A stretch of DNA of 62,908 nt, counting the filler, from Jimgerdemannia flammicorona (taxonomy: Eukaryota), in the NCBI GenBank assembly GCA_003990765.1. It is 3 parts of 3 records of this genome, joined end to end, with 100 filler letters (N's around TTAATTAATTAA, not from the genome) between each part and the next. Parts side by side here need not be neighbours in the genome. Positions count along the whole stretch, not along the records: positions 42,029 to 62,908 come from RBNJ01001574.1; 2 more parts are not named here. One strand, 5' to 3'. Shown piece after piece: positions 50,257-62,884 of the stretch. Each line of letters begins with the position of its first letter. The stretch's first letter is position 1. The notes under the pieces were generated by a model. That model saw only the letters and a list, made by a program, of their open reading frames with translations, did no database searches and had not been told where the DNA came from. The position numbers and the translations under genes are program-made.

Positions 50257-51085
50257 CGCTAACAAGAGAATTATTGAATCCACTCCCACCCTCCAGCCAC
50301 CGACTTTCACCAGCTCTTGCGCCCCACAACCTCCAAAGCCGTTTTCGTGCGTACATCGCGGTCCGGCGAGGAGGACAGGTGGGAGACCCACTGGTAAGCA
50401 TCCTTCCCTTGTTATTTTCTCTCTCCCCTGACCGCGACCAACTTGGTACATTCCCCCATAACAACATCACCAAACCACGCCCCAGGCCAAACCCGGAACG
50501 CCGCGTATGATATGCTCACAAGATGGCCACATAAAATCGAGCGTTGAGAGCCAGCTGCTGAAGTTGGGGTTCTCTGGGCATGGAATGGTCGCACACGTTG
50601 ATCGGTCGTCGTGAGGTAGAGCGGAGAAGAAAGTGGGGCCGCGGACGCGTGGTTGTGAAACCAGCAGTGTGATGTGTGGACGTGGTAGGCTCGGGGGAGA
50701 ACTTGATACATACCCACCTGTCTTGTAGTTTCATTTTAGATTGAGTTACTATCGTTTTACCATTACAAATTCTAATTAGATCTTTGCATCACTCTGGGTT
50801 GTTTTTGTAAAGAGTTTCCGGCGTTTACATAATAGGCGTGCAATAACTCCTATAATCCCAACAATGCATTTTCGTTAGCACATTCACAATGATGCCATGC
50901 CATTTGTCTTTTCGTCAGTTTGTTTTAATCAGGCCACATCATGTTGAGTTGCGTCAGGCGTTTTGGTACATGTGTTGACCTGGCTCATAAATACCAAACT
51001 CTGACGGCTTATGGCGACTTTATTTTTGGAAGCGGACGTGTCTGTAGGTTAGTGTTAGGGTAAGATCTCGGAGGAGGAATCATTG
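50257..51085 (+). pseudogene. Duplicated 3' fragment (intron 3 to downstream flank) of the 46256-47373 gene, unit 2
   Basis: Colinear with ~47015-47850, with indels. Confidence 0.85.
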
Positions 51086-51539
51086 CCCTTGCGATCATAC
51101 ATGTTCAATTCACCCAAACACTTGCATATCGGTCGAGACATAGATGTGATATTCTCTGGTCGCTAATAATTAGCCGGTAGCCATCCCGCGATGTTAGTTT
51201 ATTTTGGTTTTTTGTTATCTTGGTTGTTTCTAGTAATCTTCTCTTCACCAAGCGTAGTTCGTGCAAAAATGAAAAAAAATAATTGGCTAGGAATTCCATC
51301 ACATGACCTATTGGAAAACCCAGATAGGTCATTCGCCTGCAGGACGGTCTGGCCTGGGAGTTGAAGGTTTGTTCGGGGTTTGAGTTTAAGGTTTTGGGGT
51401 TTTGTGTGCTTAGTTTTCTTCAAGATCGTGAAGTGAATGTTGATCCTTTTGGGCGTTGGGAATCGGGAAGGATAGATCGTATCGAGGATCTTTCGAGAGC
51501 TGATGATGTCAAGTTGAATATACATATAGTTCGTGTTTA

Positions 51540-51577
<38 letters not shown>

Positions 51578-52450
51578 CGGATGACAAGCCAAAGTAACCA
51601 TTGTCGGTCGAAGTGGAAGGGTACAGAGCCATGCCACAGTTGGTATCGGTACACATTTCCCATTATTATGGTATATTTTTTTCTGTTTTGCAACGGCTGG
51701 CGGTAGATCGGTACCATCGCTGGGGGGCGTTGCAGTGCATATATTCATTTTCCAATCGAAGGATGCAGGTAACGAAAAAATTAAGGTTGTGGGTAGGTGT
51801 GCACATGGAGCAGGTCACCGTTTTGCTCCGAGTGGGTGGGGTGGGGAATAGTTTATTTTGGGTGTGTTGTGTGATATTGTGGGGGGAAGGGTAGGGAAGG
51901 ATGTCCATGGAGAGAGTATATGCATGTGGATAGTGTACTGCAAAGGCCGGAGGATCGGACATTATCGTCACACGGGCATAGATTAGATAAGCTGTAGTGG
52001 AGGGGGGGGGGTAACAGTCGACATGACGGTTGCGACACTTGTGGGCCCGCGGCTCAAATGTTGATTTGTGTAACATGTTTGGATTACGGATCGGGGTTGG
52101 ATCGCCCCTCACACCGAAGTCCGCCACATCAAAATCTGCCACATACACTAAAGTCCGTCACATGCTATTGTGCTTTTTTCCCTCTCTAATAAGGTTTCCT
52201 CAAAGAGTACGGGGCGTCGTTCAAGCTATTTGTTCGGGCGCATGAAACCTACGCGCAGCTTGAATGGGGGTCCTGCGATATTGGTATTTTCAAAATGGTG
52301 GTATACGAGAGAAATAATTGATCGTCAGTGCTGTATCCGATTGCAAACCGCAGCTAAAATCACAACCCTGTCAATGGATTGCCATATATGGTATATGAGG
52401 CTATGCAGATCATATGTATAATAGGATCCACCCGATTTTTTCCTCCACCT

Positions 52451-52733
52451 GATTTTTTTGCCATCCGATTTTTTGTGATCAGGGTTTTATCGCCAACTAA
52501 TTTTCACGTATATGCTTTCGTCAAACGCCTAAACAAATGAATTACGCAGCCTTTTATACTGAATGTGGGATTCATTTATGTACTACACACATAGGCAACA
52601 GGCACAGCCATCTGTCTGGCAGTTAGTTGAAAAAAGGAATAGTCCAAGTGACAGACGATTTAAGTAGACGCGTTTGTTTACAAAGAACGCACGATAAAAA
52701 CCAGATCTCAAAAAATCGGACGGCAAAAAAATC
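52451..52733. mobile_element. Small inverted-repeat element (MITE-like remnant)
   Basis: ~42-bp imperfect IRs at 52451-52492 and 52692-52733; no TSD found. Confidence 0.55.
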
Positions 52734-53071
52734 AAAATCTAGTGGTGCTATCCGAGCGATGCGAATACCAATAATGAAGCGCTGTAACGCTAACTGTTTG
52801 GGGCGTTTTTAGTCATGTGGCATTAAGGAGGCGTTGAATAGCCCAATCCTCGTACAATAAACCAAGAATGCCTCATTGTTGGGCCCGTTTCATTAAGCTG
52901 ACTGGCCAGTGGACTATGGCCAGTGCACTCTTATAAATGCCCATAAATAAATTAAAGTATTTGTATAACGAAGCCAAGTACAGTACAACCGATGCAGGCA
53001 GAGCATAGAAGAGCAACGAAGGGTACTCTAACAACACTAGTCTATTGAAATAACCACTACATCCACAAAAA

Positions 53072-54019
53072 ATGGCTTACCGACGAATCCTACCTATGCC
53101 CCAACGAGACTTGTTATTTCCGCATAACTTCCTCAATAGCAATTCCAGCTACTCCAAAATATCTCTTTATTCCTGCCCCTCTTACCTCCGCTGTCCCTTT
53201 CCCACGTGCCCGACCTTCAGTAATATAGAAAATCTTCAAGCACACCTGATGCTAGAATCTCACGTTATAGCAACAACCCATGCCGTTTGGGTCGATTCAA
53301 TTATACCTCTCCCGTCGCCTGATGAATTTGGTGAGAGAATAAACAACCAGATATATATGCCTCAAGCGTACGTCAACTTGCAACCCTTCCCCGGCGTACC
53401 ATCGAACGACACCGCAGTCGATCACACAACATTGAGTCAACTTTTCTCGCAACCCCTCGACGCAAACGGCGCAGTGCAACAAATTGAAGCAGCAATTTTT
53501 ACGGCCAAACCGGTGCCATATAAACAGTGTACCAGCTGCTCAATAAGAAAGAGGCGATGTCCCGTACACGCCGCTGCCACCACCAACAAACCGAAACGAA
53601 CCGCGCCGGGGAAAGCGTGTGCTCGGTGCAGGATGGACAAAAAATCATGCCGTGACACACCTTGTACTCGTTGCAGTAAATCCCGTAGGATTTGTTTAGG
53701 GGACGATAATTTTCGCAGCCTCATTGCATCGTCGTTCGACGGATTGGTGTCCACAAACGAAGGCGACGTTAGCTTGGCGCTCAACACCATCAAGGAGATC
53801 TTCGAGATCGGCGACCGATCCGGTCATCGCTACGGTCGTGAGGGCGGCGACCGCTATGTGGAATGTATCTACTCGTGCGGGGGTATGCAGAAACTTCGCG
53901 ATCTCGAGAAACGCATGGGACATAGCTGGCGTTGGAAGGAACAGATCCTGGCCGTCGTTAAATTGATTCACGGTGACGCTGACAACATATATGCCGATAT
54001 TTTTGCGGGCGAGGAGTGA
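53072..54019 (+). CDS. Zinc-finger/Zn2Cys6-like/importin-alpha-ARM-like protein, copy 2 (open ORF, 315 aa)
   Basis: Uninterrupted ORF; TATAAAT at ~52932. Confidence 0.85.
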   Translation: MAYRRILPMPQRDLLFPHNFLNSNSSYSKISLYSCPSYLRCPFPTCPTFSNIENLQAHLMLESHVIATTHAVWVDSIIPLPSPDEFGERINNQIYMPQAYVNLQPFPGVPSNDTAVDHTTLSQLFSQPLDANGAVQQIEAAIFTAKPVPYKQCTSCSIRKRRCPVHAAATTNKPKRTAPGKACARCRMDKKSCRDTPCTRCSKSRRICLGDDNFRSLIASSFDGLVSTNEGDVSLALNTIKEIFEIGDRSGHRYGREGGDRYVECIYSCGGMQKLRDLEKRMGHSWRWKEQILAVVKLIHGDADNIYADIFAGEE

Positions 54020-54462
54020 GTTTTGCAATATTCCACGTGATTTCGAACCCGTTCTATTTTTATTCATTCCATCACAATCCCTAGTATATATCGCGACATC
54101 ACTGTATTTCATATAAATACCTTAGCAATTTGTCTGAATAAACGACAAGTCGAATACTTAGTACAAACACTGCACGTTTCGAGAAGACGAGGATCCGAGG
54201 GCGCAAGGTAATCAGCAGTTCTAGCTCGACGCGATTCTTGATTTATTCTCCTCCAAGAACCCTTAACCACTTTATCCTGTGACACGAGCCAAAACGGATT
54301 CCACAATAAATATTCGAGCGTCCAACGACTGTTCTTTGGGGCTCGTTGTTAGGAAATGCATCACATACTGATACCGGTTCGTGTCGTGAGTTAAGGTCTA
54401 CGCAGCGTCTTCTGTTTTGTTTTGTTTTTTGTTTTTTGTTTTGAATTTGTGTTAAAAAATAC

Positions 54463-55240
54463 ACGCTAACGAGCAAATGATTGAACCCTCCAGCTACCAC
54501 CTTGCACCAGCTCTTGCGCTCCACAATCTCCAAAGCCGTTCTCGTGCGTACATCGCGGTTCGGGAATGAGTCCCTTATTATTTCTCCGGGGGGGGGGGGG
54601 GAAGGCGCGCCACACAATCTGCCGCAGCGGTCCTTATTTGAACCACAGTGTCAATCTATCCCCATCCCACGACAAACTTGGTACAACCTGCACATAACAC
54701 CATAACCAAACCGCGCCCCAGGTTCGACCTGGGCACGATGGCCACCAAAATCGTGAGTATTGAGAGCCAGCCGCTGAGGTTGGGGCTCTCTAAGAATGGA
54801 ATGGTCGCACATATTAATCGGTCGTCGTGAGGTAGAGCAGAGAAGACAGAAATATGAGAGGCAGCAGTGTGATGTATGGGCGCGGTAGGCCCGTTGATAC
54901 ATACCCATCTGTCTTGCACATTATTTTGGCTAGACTTATCTATCGTTTTTATCCGCATTGCCTTACATTACAAATTCTAATTAGATCTATATCACCTCTG
55001 TAAACGATTTCCAGTGTTTATATAAAGGTGTGCAATTACCTTTATTATCTCAACAGCGCATATTCACAACCATGTTATACCGTTTGCCCTTTCGTCAATT
55101 TGTTTTATTCACGTCGCATCATGTTGAGTTTGTCGAGTGCGTTGGTACATGTGTTGGCCTGGCTCATATATACTGAACTCCGACGTATTGGGTTTAAGGA
55201 GATTTTAATTTTGGAAGGGTCAGACGTGTCTATAGGTTAG
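54463..55240 (+). pseudogene. Duplicated 3' fragment of the 46256-47373 gene, unit 3
   Basis: LHQLLRSTISKAVLVRTSR..MATKIVSIESQ..GMVAHINRSS remnants. Confidence 0.8.
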
Positions 55241-55492
55241 TGTGCTCGCATGTAACCGCTTAATAGTGTGACTCTTCTGTCCTACGTCCGTACAGCGGTA
55301 GAGGCCACGTTGTGGCTTGTGCGACGGCGGATGAAACGGAGACAACAGCGGTAGTTTTCATAGGTCATAGCTACTTTATCCATTCCGATTCAAGTTGTAT
55401 AAATATCCATGAATAAATTGACAAGGAAACCAAGTACGGTACAACCGCTGCAGGCATTAGTCTTATTGAAATAACCACTGCATTCATAAATA

Positions 55493-56480
55493 ATGGCTTA
55501 CCGGCGAATCCTACCTATGCCTCAACATGACTTGTTATTCCCGCACAATACCAATTCCAGTTGTTCCAAAATATCTCTTTATTCCTACCACTCTTACCTC
55601 CGCTGCCCCTTTCCCACGTGCCCAACGACCTTCGGTAATATAGAAAATCTTCAAGCTCGCCTGATGCTAGAATCCCACGCCATGGCAATAAGTAATACCG
55701 TTTGGATCGATGGAATTACACCTCTTCCATCATCTGGTGAATTTGGTGAGAGAATGGACAGCCAGATATGTATGGCCCAAACGCACGTCAATTTGCAATC
55801 CCTCACCAGCGTACCCTCGAACGACACCGCAATCCATCACACAATACTGAGTCAGCTTTTCTCGCCGAAAACGGTGCAGTGCGATAGCTTAAAGCAGCAA
55901 TTTTTACGGCCAAACCGGAGCCATATAAACAGTGTACCAGCTGCTCAACAAGAAAGAGGCGATGCCTCGTACACGCCGCCACCGTCACCAACAAACCGAA
56001 ACGAATCGCGCCGGGGAAAGCGTGCGCTCGGTGCAGGATGGACAGGAAATCATGCGGTGGCACACCTTGCAATCGTTGCAACAAATCTCGTAGTATTTGT
56101 TTAGGAGACGATAGTTTTCGTAGTCTCATTGTATCTTCGTTCAACCAATTGGCGTCCACAAACGAAGGCGACGTTAAATTGGCGCTCGACACCATCAAGG
56201 AGATCTTCGACGTCGGCGACCGATCCAGTCATCGCTACGGTCGCGATGGCAGTGACCGCTACGCGGAATGTATCTACACGTGCGGGGGCATACAGAAACT
56301 TCGCAATTTCGAGCAACGCACAGGACATAGCTAGCATTGTAAGGAACAGATCCTAGCCATCATTAAATTAATTCACAATGACGTTGACGACATATATGCC
56401 AATCTTTTTGCGGGCGAGGATTCTGTTACCGACGATTACTCTTTCTTCCAGCAAGATGTCACTGAGGAGCAGGTTTTGCA
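55493..56480 (+). pseudogene. Array gene copy 3, frameshifted, with a premature stop
   Basis: Frameshift near 55865; TAG at 56332-56334; C2H2 His changed to Arg. Confidence 0.85.
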
Positions 56481-56857
56481 ATATTCCAACCCGTGAGGCG
56501 GACGGTCTAGAACATATCTATTTTCATAATATAGCACTTTGTCTGAATAAACAAGTCGAATACCAAGTACAAACACTGAGGCTTAGGATCCGAGAAATGG
56601 AGGGCGCAAAGCGATACGTAGTTCCCTCTCGACGCGATTCTTATTGATTTGTTCTTCTCTAAGAGCCCTTAACTACTTTTACCCTGTGGCACTTGAGCCA
56701 AAACTGATCGTCACAATAAATATTCCGGCGTGCAATGACTGTTCGTTGAAGCTCGTTGTTAGCCAATACATAACACACTGACTGATACAAGTTCGTGTCG
56801 TTACTTAGCGTCCTCTGTTATATATATATATTGTTTTGAATTTGTGTCAAAAAGTAT

Positions 56858-57668
56858 ACGCTAACAAGTGAATGATTGAATCCCCTTCCACCTTCCAGCC
56901 ATCGCCTTGCAACAGCACTTGCGCCCCACAACCTCCCAAGCTGTTCTCGTGCGTACATTGTTGTCCGGCGAGGGGAACGGGTGGGAGACCCATTGGTACG
57001 CTCCTTCCCTTGTTATTTCTCTCTCCCCCTTTACGGACGCGACCAACTTGGTACAATTCCTATATAACGTCATCGTCAAACCGCGCCCCAGACGCGACCC
57101 GAAACGCTGCGCATGGAACGCTCACTAAAATCTCAAGCGTTGAGAGCCAGCTGCCGAAGTTGGGCTCTCTGGGCATGGAATAATCATACATGTTGATCGG
57201 TCGTCGTGAGGTAGAGCGGAGAAGAAAGTGGGACCGCGGACGCGTGATCGTGAAAGCCAACAGTGAGACAGATGGCCGTGGTAGACCCGGGGAAGTATTT
57301 GATACATAACCTGTCTTGTAGTTACATTTTGGACAGACTTATCGATCGTTTTATCCATTACAAATTCTAATTAGATATTTGTATTACTCTTGGACCGTCT
57401 TTGTAAAGGGGTTCCAGTGTTTGCACAATAGGCATGCAATCACCTTCATCACCCTAGTAGTGTATTGTCATTAGCTTATTCACAACGATGTTATACCATT
57501 TGTCTTTTCGTCAATTTGTTTTATTCATGTCGCATCATGTCGAGTTGTGTCAGGCGTGTTGGTACATGTGTTGGGGCTCTGGTGAGCGTATTGGGCTTAT
57601 GGCGATTTTATTTTTGGAAGCGTCAGACGTGTCTATACGGGGGTGAGATCTCGGAGGAGGAATCATTG
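56858..57668 (+). pseudogene. Duplicated 3' fragment of the 46256-47373 gene, unit 4
   Basis: QHLRPTTSQAVLVRT..GWETHW..KISSVESQLPKLG remnants. Confidence 0.8.
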
Positions 57669-57811
57669 CATGTGAAAAAAAAAAAAAAAAAAAAAGAGGA
57701 ATTCACGCGTCAATTATCACATGACCGCTTATCGCCCATGCCACACCGAAGTACCAAAGCACGTGTTCCTTCCTTTGTTGTAGTTCCAACACATGGCAGA
57801 GGTTTCGCTAT

Positions 57812-58182
57812 TAGTGCTCCCAACGAATCAAAGGTCCAATTCAATTTGATTCAAATCTAATCCGATTTGAGGTCTGATTCGAACCATATTTTTTGAAATG
57901 TAATAACTTGACGAATACACATCCAAATTCAATAATCTTTAGCTTGTTAGATTCCTCTTATATAGGGGAATCTAACAAGCTAAAGATCATTGAATTTGGA
58001 CATATATTTGTCGAGTTGTTACATTTCGAAAAATAGGGTTCAAATCAGACCCTCAATTCGATTTAAATTCGATTCGATTCGATTCGAACTTGATTCGAAT
58101 TAAAAAATCCCCAATTCGATTTGATTTGAATGACCCACAATTCGATCCGATTCGAATTGATTCGATTCGTTTGGGAGCACTA
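57812..58182. mobile_element. hAT-type fold-back MITE (371 bp)
   Basis: TIR TAGTGCTCCCAA(A)CGAATC; 8-bp TSD TTCGCTAT (57804-57811, 58183-58190); long internal palindrome centred near 57960; ATTCG subterminal repeats. Confidence 0.9.
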
Positions 58183-58810
58183 TTCGCTATTGTGCCTATA
58201 AACCGAGGTCGGCCTTGTGCTTTGTGTCATGGGTCTACGCGCATCTTCAATGGGGGTCTGCGATATTTACATATATCTGCATTTCCAACAGGGCCTATTA
58301 TCCTGTCCCTCTGATGCATGAAGCAACGATAAGTATGCAAGTACGACAGAAATAACTAATCGTCAGTGCTGTAGTTCGTTCGCAGGTGTAATGGGAAAGC
58401 AGGCGGTCCGATTAAATTGCGAAAGCTATACTGCATGAGAACGAATCGCAGTTCCGTCACCGCAAGCCCACGATTGATTATATCGATTATCGTATATGAG
58501 ATGCACGATCACATGATCGTGGGTATTCTGCTGAATAGTCTATAATAGGGATAAGTGGCATTGGTCATCTCCCCGAAAGGCAGGGTTGTGTGAGGGTATG
58601 TAGTGCAACGAATCGAATTTCGTGCGGAACAGTTGTGACGCAAGCGGAAACGGACCCGACAAAATAATATCTTATCCATATCCGATCCAAGTTGTATAAA
58701 TACTTGTATAAGGAAGCCAATTACAGTACAACCGCTGCAGGCCTAGAAGAGCAACGAAGGGTATTCTAACAGCATTCGTCTTACTAAAATAACCACTGCA
58801 TCCATAAATA

Positions 58811-59815
58811 ATGGCTTACCAGGGAATCCTACCTATGCCTCGACAAGACTTGCTATTCCCGCACAACTTCCTCAATATCAATTCCAGCTGTTCCAAAACA
58901 TCTCTTTATTCCTACCCCTCTTACCTCCGCTGCCCCTTTCCGGCGTGCCCAACGACCTTCAGTAATATAGAAAATCTTCAAGAACACCTGATGCTAGAAT
59001 CTCACGTCATAGCAACCCATGCCGTTTGGGTCGATACAATTATACCTCTCCCGTCGCCTGGTGAATTTGGTGAGAGAATAAACAATCAGATATATATGCC
59101 TCAAGCGCACGTCAACTTGCAACCCTTCCCCGGTGTACCATCGAACGACACCGCAATCGATCACACAACATTGAGTCAACTTTTCTCGCAACCCCTCGAC
59201 GCAAACGGCGCAGTGCAACAAATTGAAGCAACAATTTTTACGGCCAAACCGGAGCCGTATGAACAGTGTACCAGCTGCTCAACAAGAAAGAGGCGATGTC
59301 CCGTACACGCCGCTGCCACCACCAACAAACCGAAACGAATCGCACCGGGGAAAGCGTGTGCTCGGTGCAGGATGGACAAAAAATCATGCCGTGACACACC
59401 TTGCACTCGTTGTAGCAAATCCTACAGGATTTGTTTAGGAGACGATAATTTTCGCAGCCTCATTGTATCGTCGTTCGACGGGTTGGCGTCCACAAACGAA
59501 GGCGATGTTAACTTGGCGCTCAACAACATCAAGGAGATTTTCGAGATCGGCGACAGATCCGGTCATCGCTACGGTCGCGAAGGCTGTGACCGTTACGTGG
59601 AATGTATCTACTCGTGCGGGGGTATGCGGAAACTTCGCGATCTCGAGAAACGCATGGGACATAACTGGCGTTGGAAGGAACAGATCCTGGCCGTCATTAA
59701 ATTGATTCTCGGTGACGCTGACAACATGTATGCCGATATTTTTGCGGGCGAGGACCCCGTTACCGACGGTTACTCTTCCTTCCAACAAGATGCCACCGAG
59801 GAGCGGGTTTTGTAA
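58811..59815 (+). CDS. Zinc-finger/Zn2Cys6-like/importin-alpha-ARM-like protein, copy 4 (open ORF, 334 aa, longest version)
   Basis: Uninterrupted ORF; TATAAAT at ~58695. Confidence 0.85.
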   Translation: MAYQGILPMPRQDLLFPHNFLNINSSCSKTSLYSYPSYLRCPFPACPTTFSNIENLQEHLMLESHVIATHAVWVDTIIPLPSPGEFGERINNQIYMPQAHVNLQPFPGVPSNDTAIDHTTLSQLFSQPLDANGAVQQIEATIFTAKPEPYEQCTSCSTRKRRCPVHAAATTNKPKRIAPGKACARCRMDKKSCRDTPCTRCSKSYRICLGDDNFRSLIVSSFDGLASTNEGDVNLALNNIKEIFEIGDRSGHRYGREGCDRYVECIYSCGGMRKLRDLEKRMGHNWRWKEQILAVIKLILGDADNMYADIFAGEDPVTDGYSSFQQDATEERVL

Positions 59816-60237
59816 TATTTCGAACCTGAGGAGGACGATCTAGAACACATCTATTTTTATTCATTCCGCAGTATACCCAGCAGTATATATCGTGACATCA
59901 CTGTAATTCATATAAATACCCTAGAACTTTGTCTGAATAAACGACAAGTCGAATACTAAGTACAAACACTGAAATCCTGTTCACGTTTCGAGAGGACGAC
60001 GATCCAAAAGTACAGGGCACAAAGTGATCAGAAGGTCTATATCCTCCAAGAACCTTTAACTACTTCTACTTGAACCAAAACTGATCGCCACAATAAATAT
60101 TCGAGCGTGGACTGTTCGTTAAAGCTTGTTAGCCAATACATCATATACTGATACCGGTTCGCGTCGTAAGTTAGTTCTGCTCAGCGTAATCTGTTGTACC
60201 CTTTTTTTTTTTGAATTTGAATTTGTGCCAAAAAATA

Positions 60238-61090
60238 CACGCTAAAAAAAGCAAACGATTGAACCAACTCCCATCCTCCAGTCATCGCCTTGTACCAACT
60301 ATTGCGCCCTACAACATCCAAAGCCGTTTTCGTGCGTACATCGCGGTTCGGGGATGGGAGGTTCATTGGTACGCCTCTGTTCCTTATTTCTCTGGGGGGG
60401 GGGGTAGGCGTCAAACCGCGGCTGCGAAAAGCAATGCAATGCCCAATTGTCAAGGTAAGAAAAAATAAGAAAATCCCTCCGCCACGTTTTGGCATGCAGG
60501 TCTGACCTGGGCACAATGACCACTAAAATCACGAGCCAGTTGCTGAGGTTGGGCTCTCTGAGCACGGAAATGTCGCACACGTTGAACGGTCGTCGTAAGG
60601 CAGAGCAGAGAAGAAAGGTGGGGCCGCGGACGCGCGGTTGTGGAAGCAGCAGTGTGATGTGTGGGCAGGGTAGGCCCGGGGGAGAATCTCCTGTCTTGCA
60701 ATTTTATTTTTGCCACACTTATCGATCATCTTTGTCCGCATTGCCTTACATTACAGATCTCTACACCACTCTGAGGCAATATCTGTAAAGGGTTCCCATT
60801 GTTTACATAATAGGCGTGCAATAACCTTCTCGTCTTAACAGTACATTGATATTAGCATATTCACAATGATAAATACCGTCTGTCATTTCGTTAATTTGTT
60901 TTATTTACGTCGCATCATGTTGAGCTGCGTCGCGCTTTGGTACACGTGTTGACCTGGCTCATATGTACCGAACTCCGACGGTCGTGTTGAGCTTTTGGCG
61001 ATTTTAGTTTTAGTAGCAGACGTGTCTGTAGGCTAGTGTAAGGGTGAGATCTCGGAGGAGGAATCATTGCCCTCGCGATCATACATGTTT
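60238..61090 (+). pseudogene. Duplicated 3' fragment of the 46256-47373 gene, unit 5
   Basis: YQLLRPTTSKAVFVRTSR remnant; shared GAGATCTCGGAGGAGGAATC end motif. Confidence 0.8.
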
Positions 61091-62351
61091 AATTCACGGA
61101 GGCACTGGCATGTCAGTCGGGACCAGCTGGTAGCCATCTCGTGATATTAGTTTATTGTTGTCTTGGTTGTTTCTAGTTATTTTACCAAAGAAAGTATGGC
61201 TCAAGCGTCAATTATGTAAACTCCATCACATGGCCGCTTAATAGTTCCCCATAGTCCCTGTTGGCGGCGCAGACAATGTGCCATGAAACCAAAAGCAGTG
61301 AATGTCCGTGATTGTGCGTGAGTTGACGGCATGTCTCGGAAAGGGTTAGCAGCAAGCACACACGTAGAAAGGTGTTATGATTGGTGTTCGCCACATGCTC
61401 GTGCGCTTTATTTATCTCAGGTTTAGTAAGATTTTTCGCGATGTCAAGGAGTACGAGCATTGTTCCGTGCGCATGAAACGAGTCATGTAACGGAAAGCTG
61501 AGCCAAGGCGACAACAAATAAGGACCATGACTCAATGTCAACCTGCGCTCGCATGGTTCATCCCTCAAATGGTTAGTTATTTCGCCACGGCTAGCAATTG
61601 AGCACGATCGTTAGAGCATAGATCTGCTGCATTATCCCATGATTTTAATCGAGTTGTTGAGGTTACATATGCGGTGCGTGTGCTTCTAAACAATGCTATA
61701 CTACTTTCGTGCTCTTCTCCCTTCCATCCCCTCCAGGGAGTTCCTGCGTGCTAAACTCTGTCATAGATCAACGCGGGGGCCTATATATCTGCATTTACAA
61801 CATTGCATATTATTTTGCCTCTCTGATTACAATAATTTGCATGCAGGAATGGCATGCATGCAGTATTAAAAAAAAAACAAAATAAATAAATAACTAATCG
61901 TCAATGTTGTAGTTCGTTTGCAAGTGTGAATTACGGAGGGTAATGCCGACCCCGCAATGATCATCGCGATCATGAGATTGTGACCCGGTGAAACCCTCGT
62001 ACAAAGGCGCGAATCGTATGGGTTCTACAAAAAGCCCAATAAATTATTTCACAAAAAGCCGGCCAGAACATAATTAATACCAATCTATCAACCTTTCAGT
62101 TACTATCCTTTATTAAGACTTGCAGGCAAATTTTCCTGCAAATTATTTATACAGATTTTGAGTTTTTAGTATCAAAACGTTTAACTATGGATGAACAGGA
62201 TCGTCATAAGGGATAGTCTGGAGAGCTGATTTGCCGGTGCAAGCTTATCCAAGTTGTATAAATACCCCCAACCGCTTCAGGCAGATAGAAGAGCACTCTA
62301 ACAACTCTAACAGCGCTAGTATTATTGAAATAACCACTACATTCACAAATA

Positions 62352-62884
62352 ATGGCTTATTAGCAAATCCTACCTATGTCTCAACAACATACTTGTTATT
62401 CCCGCACAACTTCCTCAATATCAGTTCCAGCTGTTCCAAAACATCTCTTTATTCCTATTCCTCTTACCTCCGCTGCACCTTTCCTACGTACCCAACGACC
62501 TTCAGTAATATAGAAAATCTTCAAGCTCACCTGATGCTAGAATCTCACATCATAGCAACAACCCATGCCGTTTGGGTCGATACAATTATTCCTCTTCCAT
62601 CATCTGGTGAATTTGATGAGAGAATAGACAACAAATATGTATCCCCAAGCGCACGTCAACTTGCAATCCCTCCCCGGCGTACCCTCGAACGACACACCAA
62701 TCGATCATACAACATTGAGTCAACTTTTCTCGTCACCCCTCGACGCAAACGGCGCCGTGCAACAATTTGAAGCAGCAATTTTTACCGCAAAACCGGAGCG
62801 GTATAAACAGTGTACTAGCTGCTCAACAAGAAAGAGGCGATGTCCCGTACACGCCGCCACCATCACCAACAAACCGAAACGTAG
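62352..62884 (+). pseudogene. Array gene copy 5, stop at codon 4, frameshifts, truncated at a terminal T-run
   Basis: ATGGCTTATTAG; colinear with copy 4 up to TNKPKR. Confidence 0.85.
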
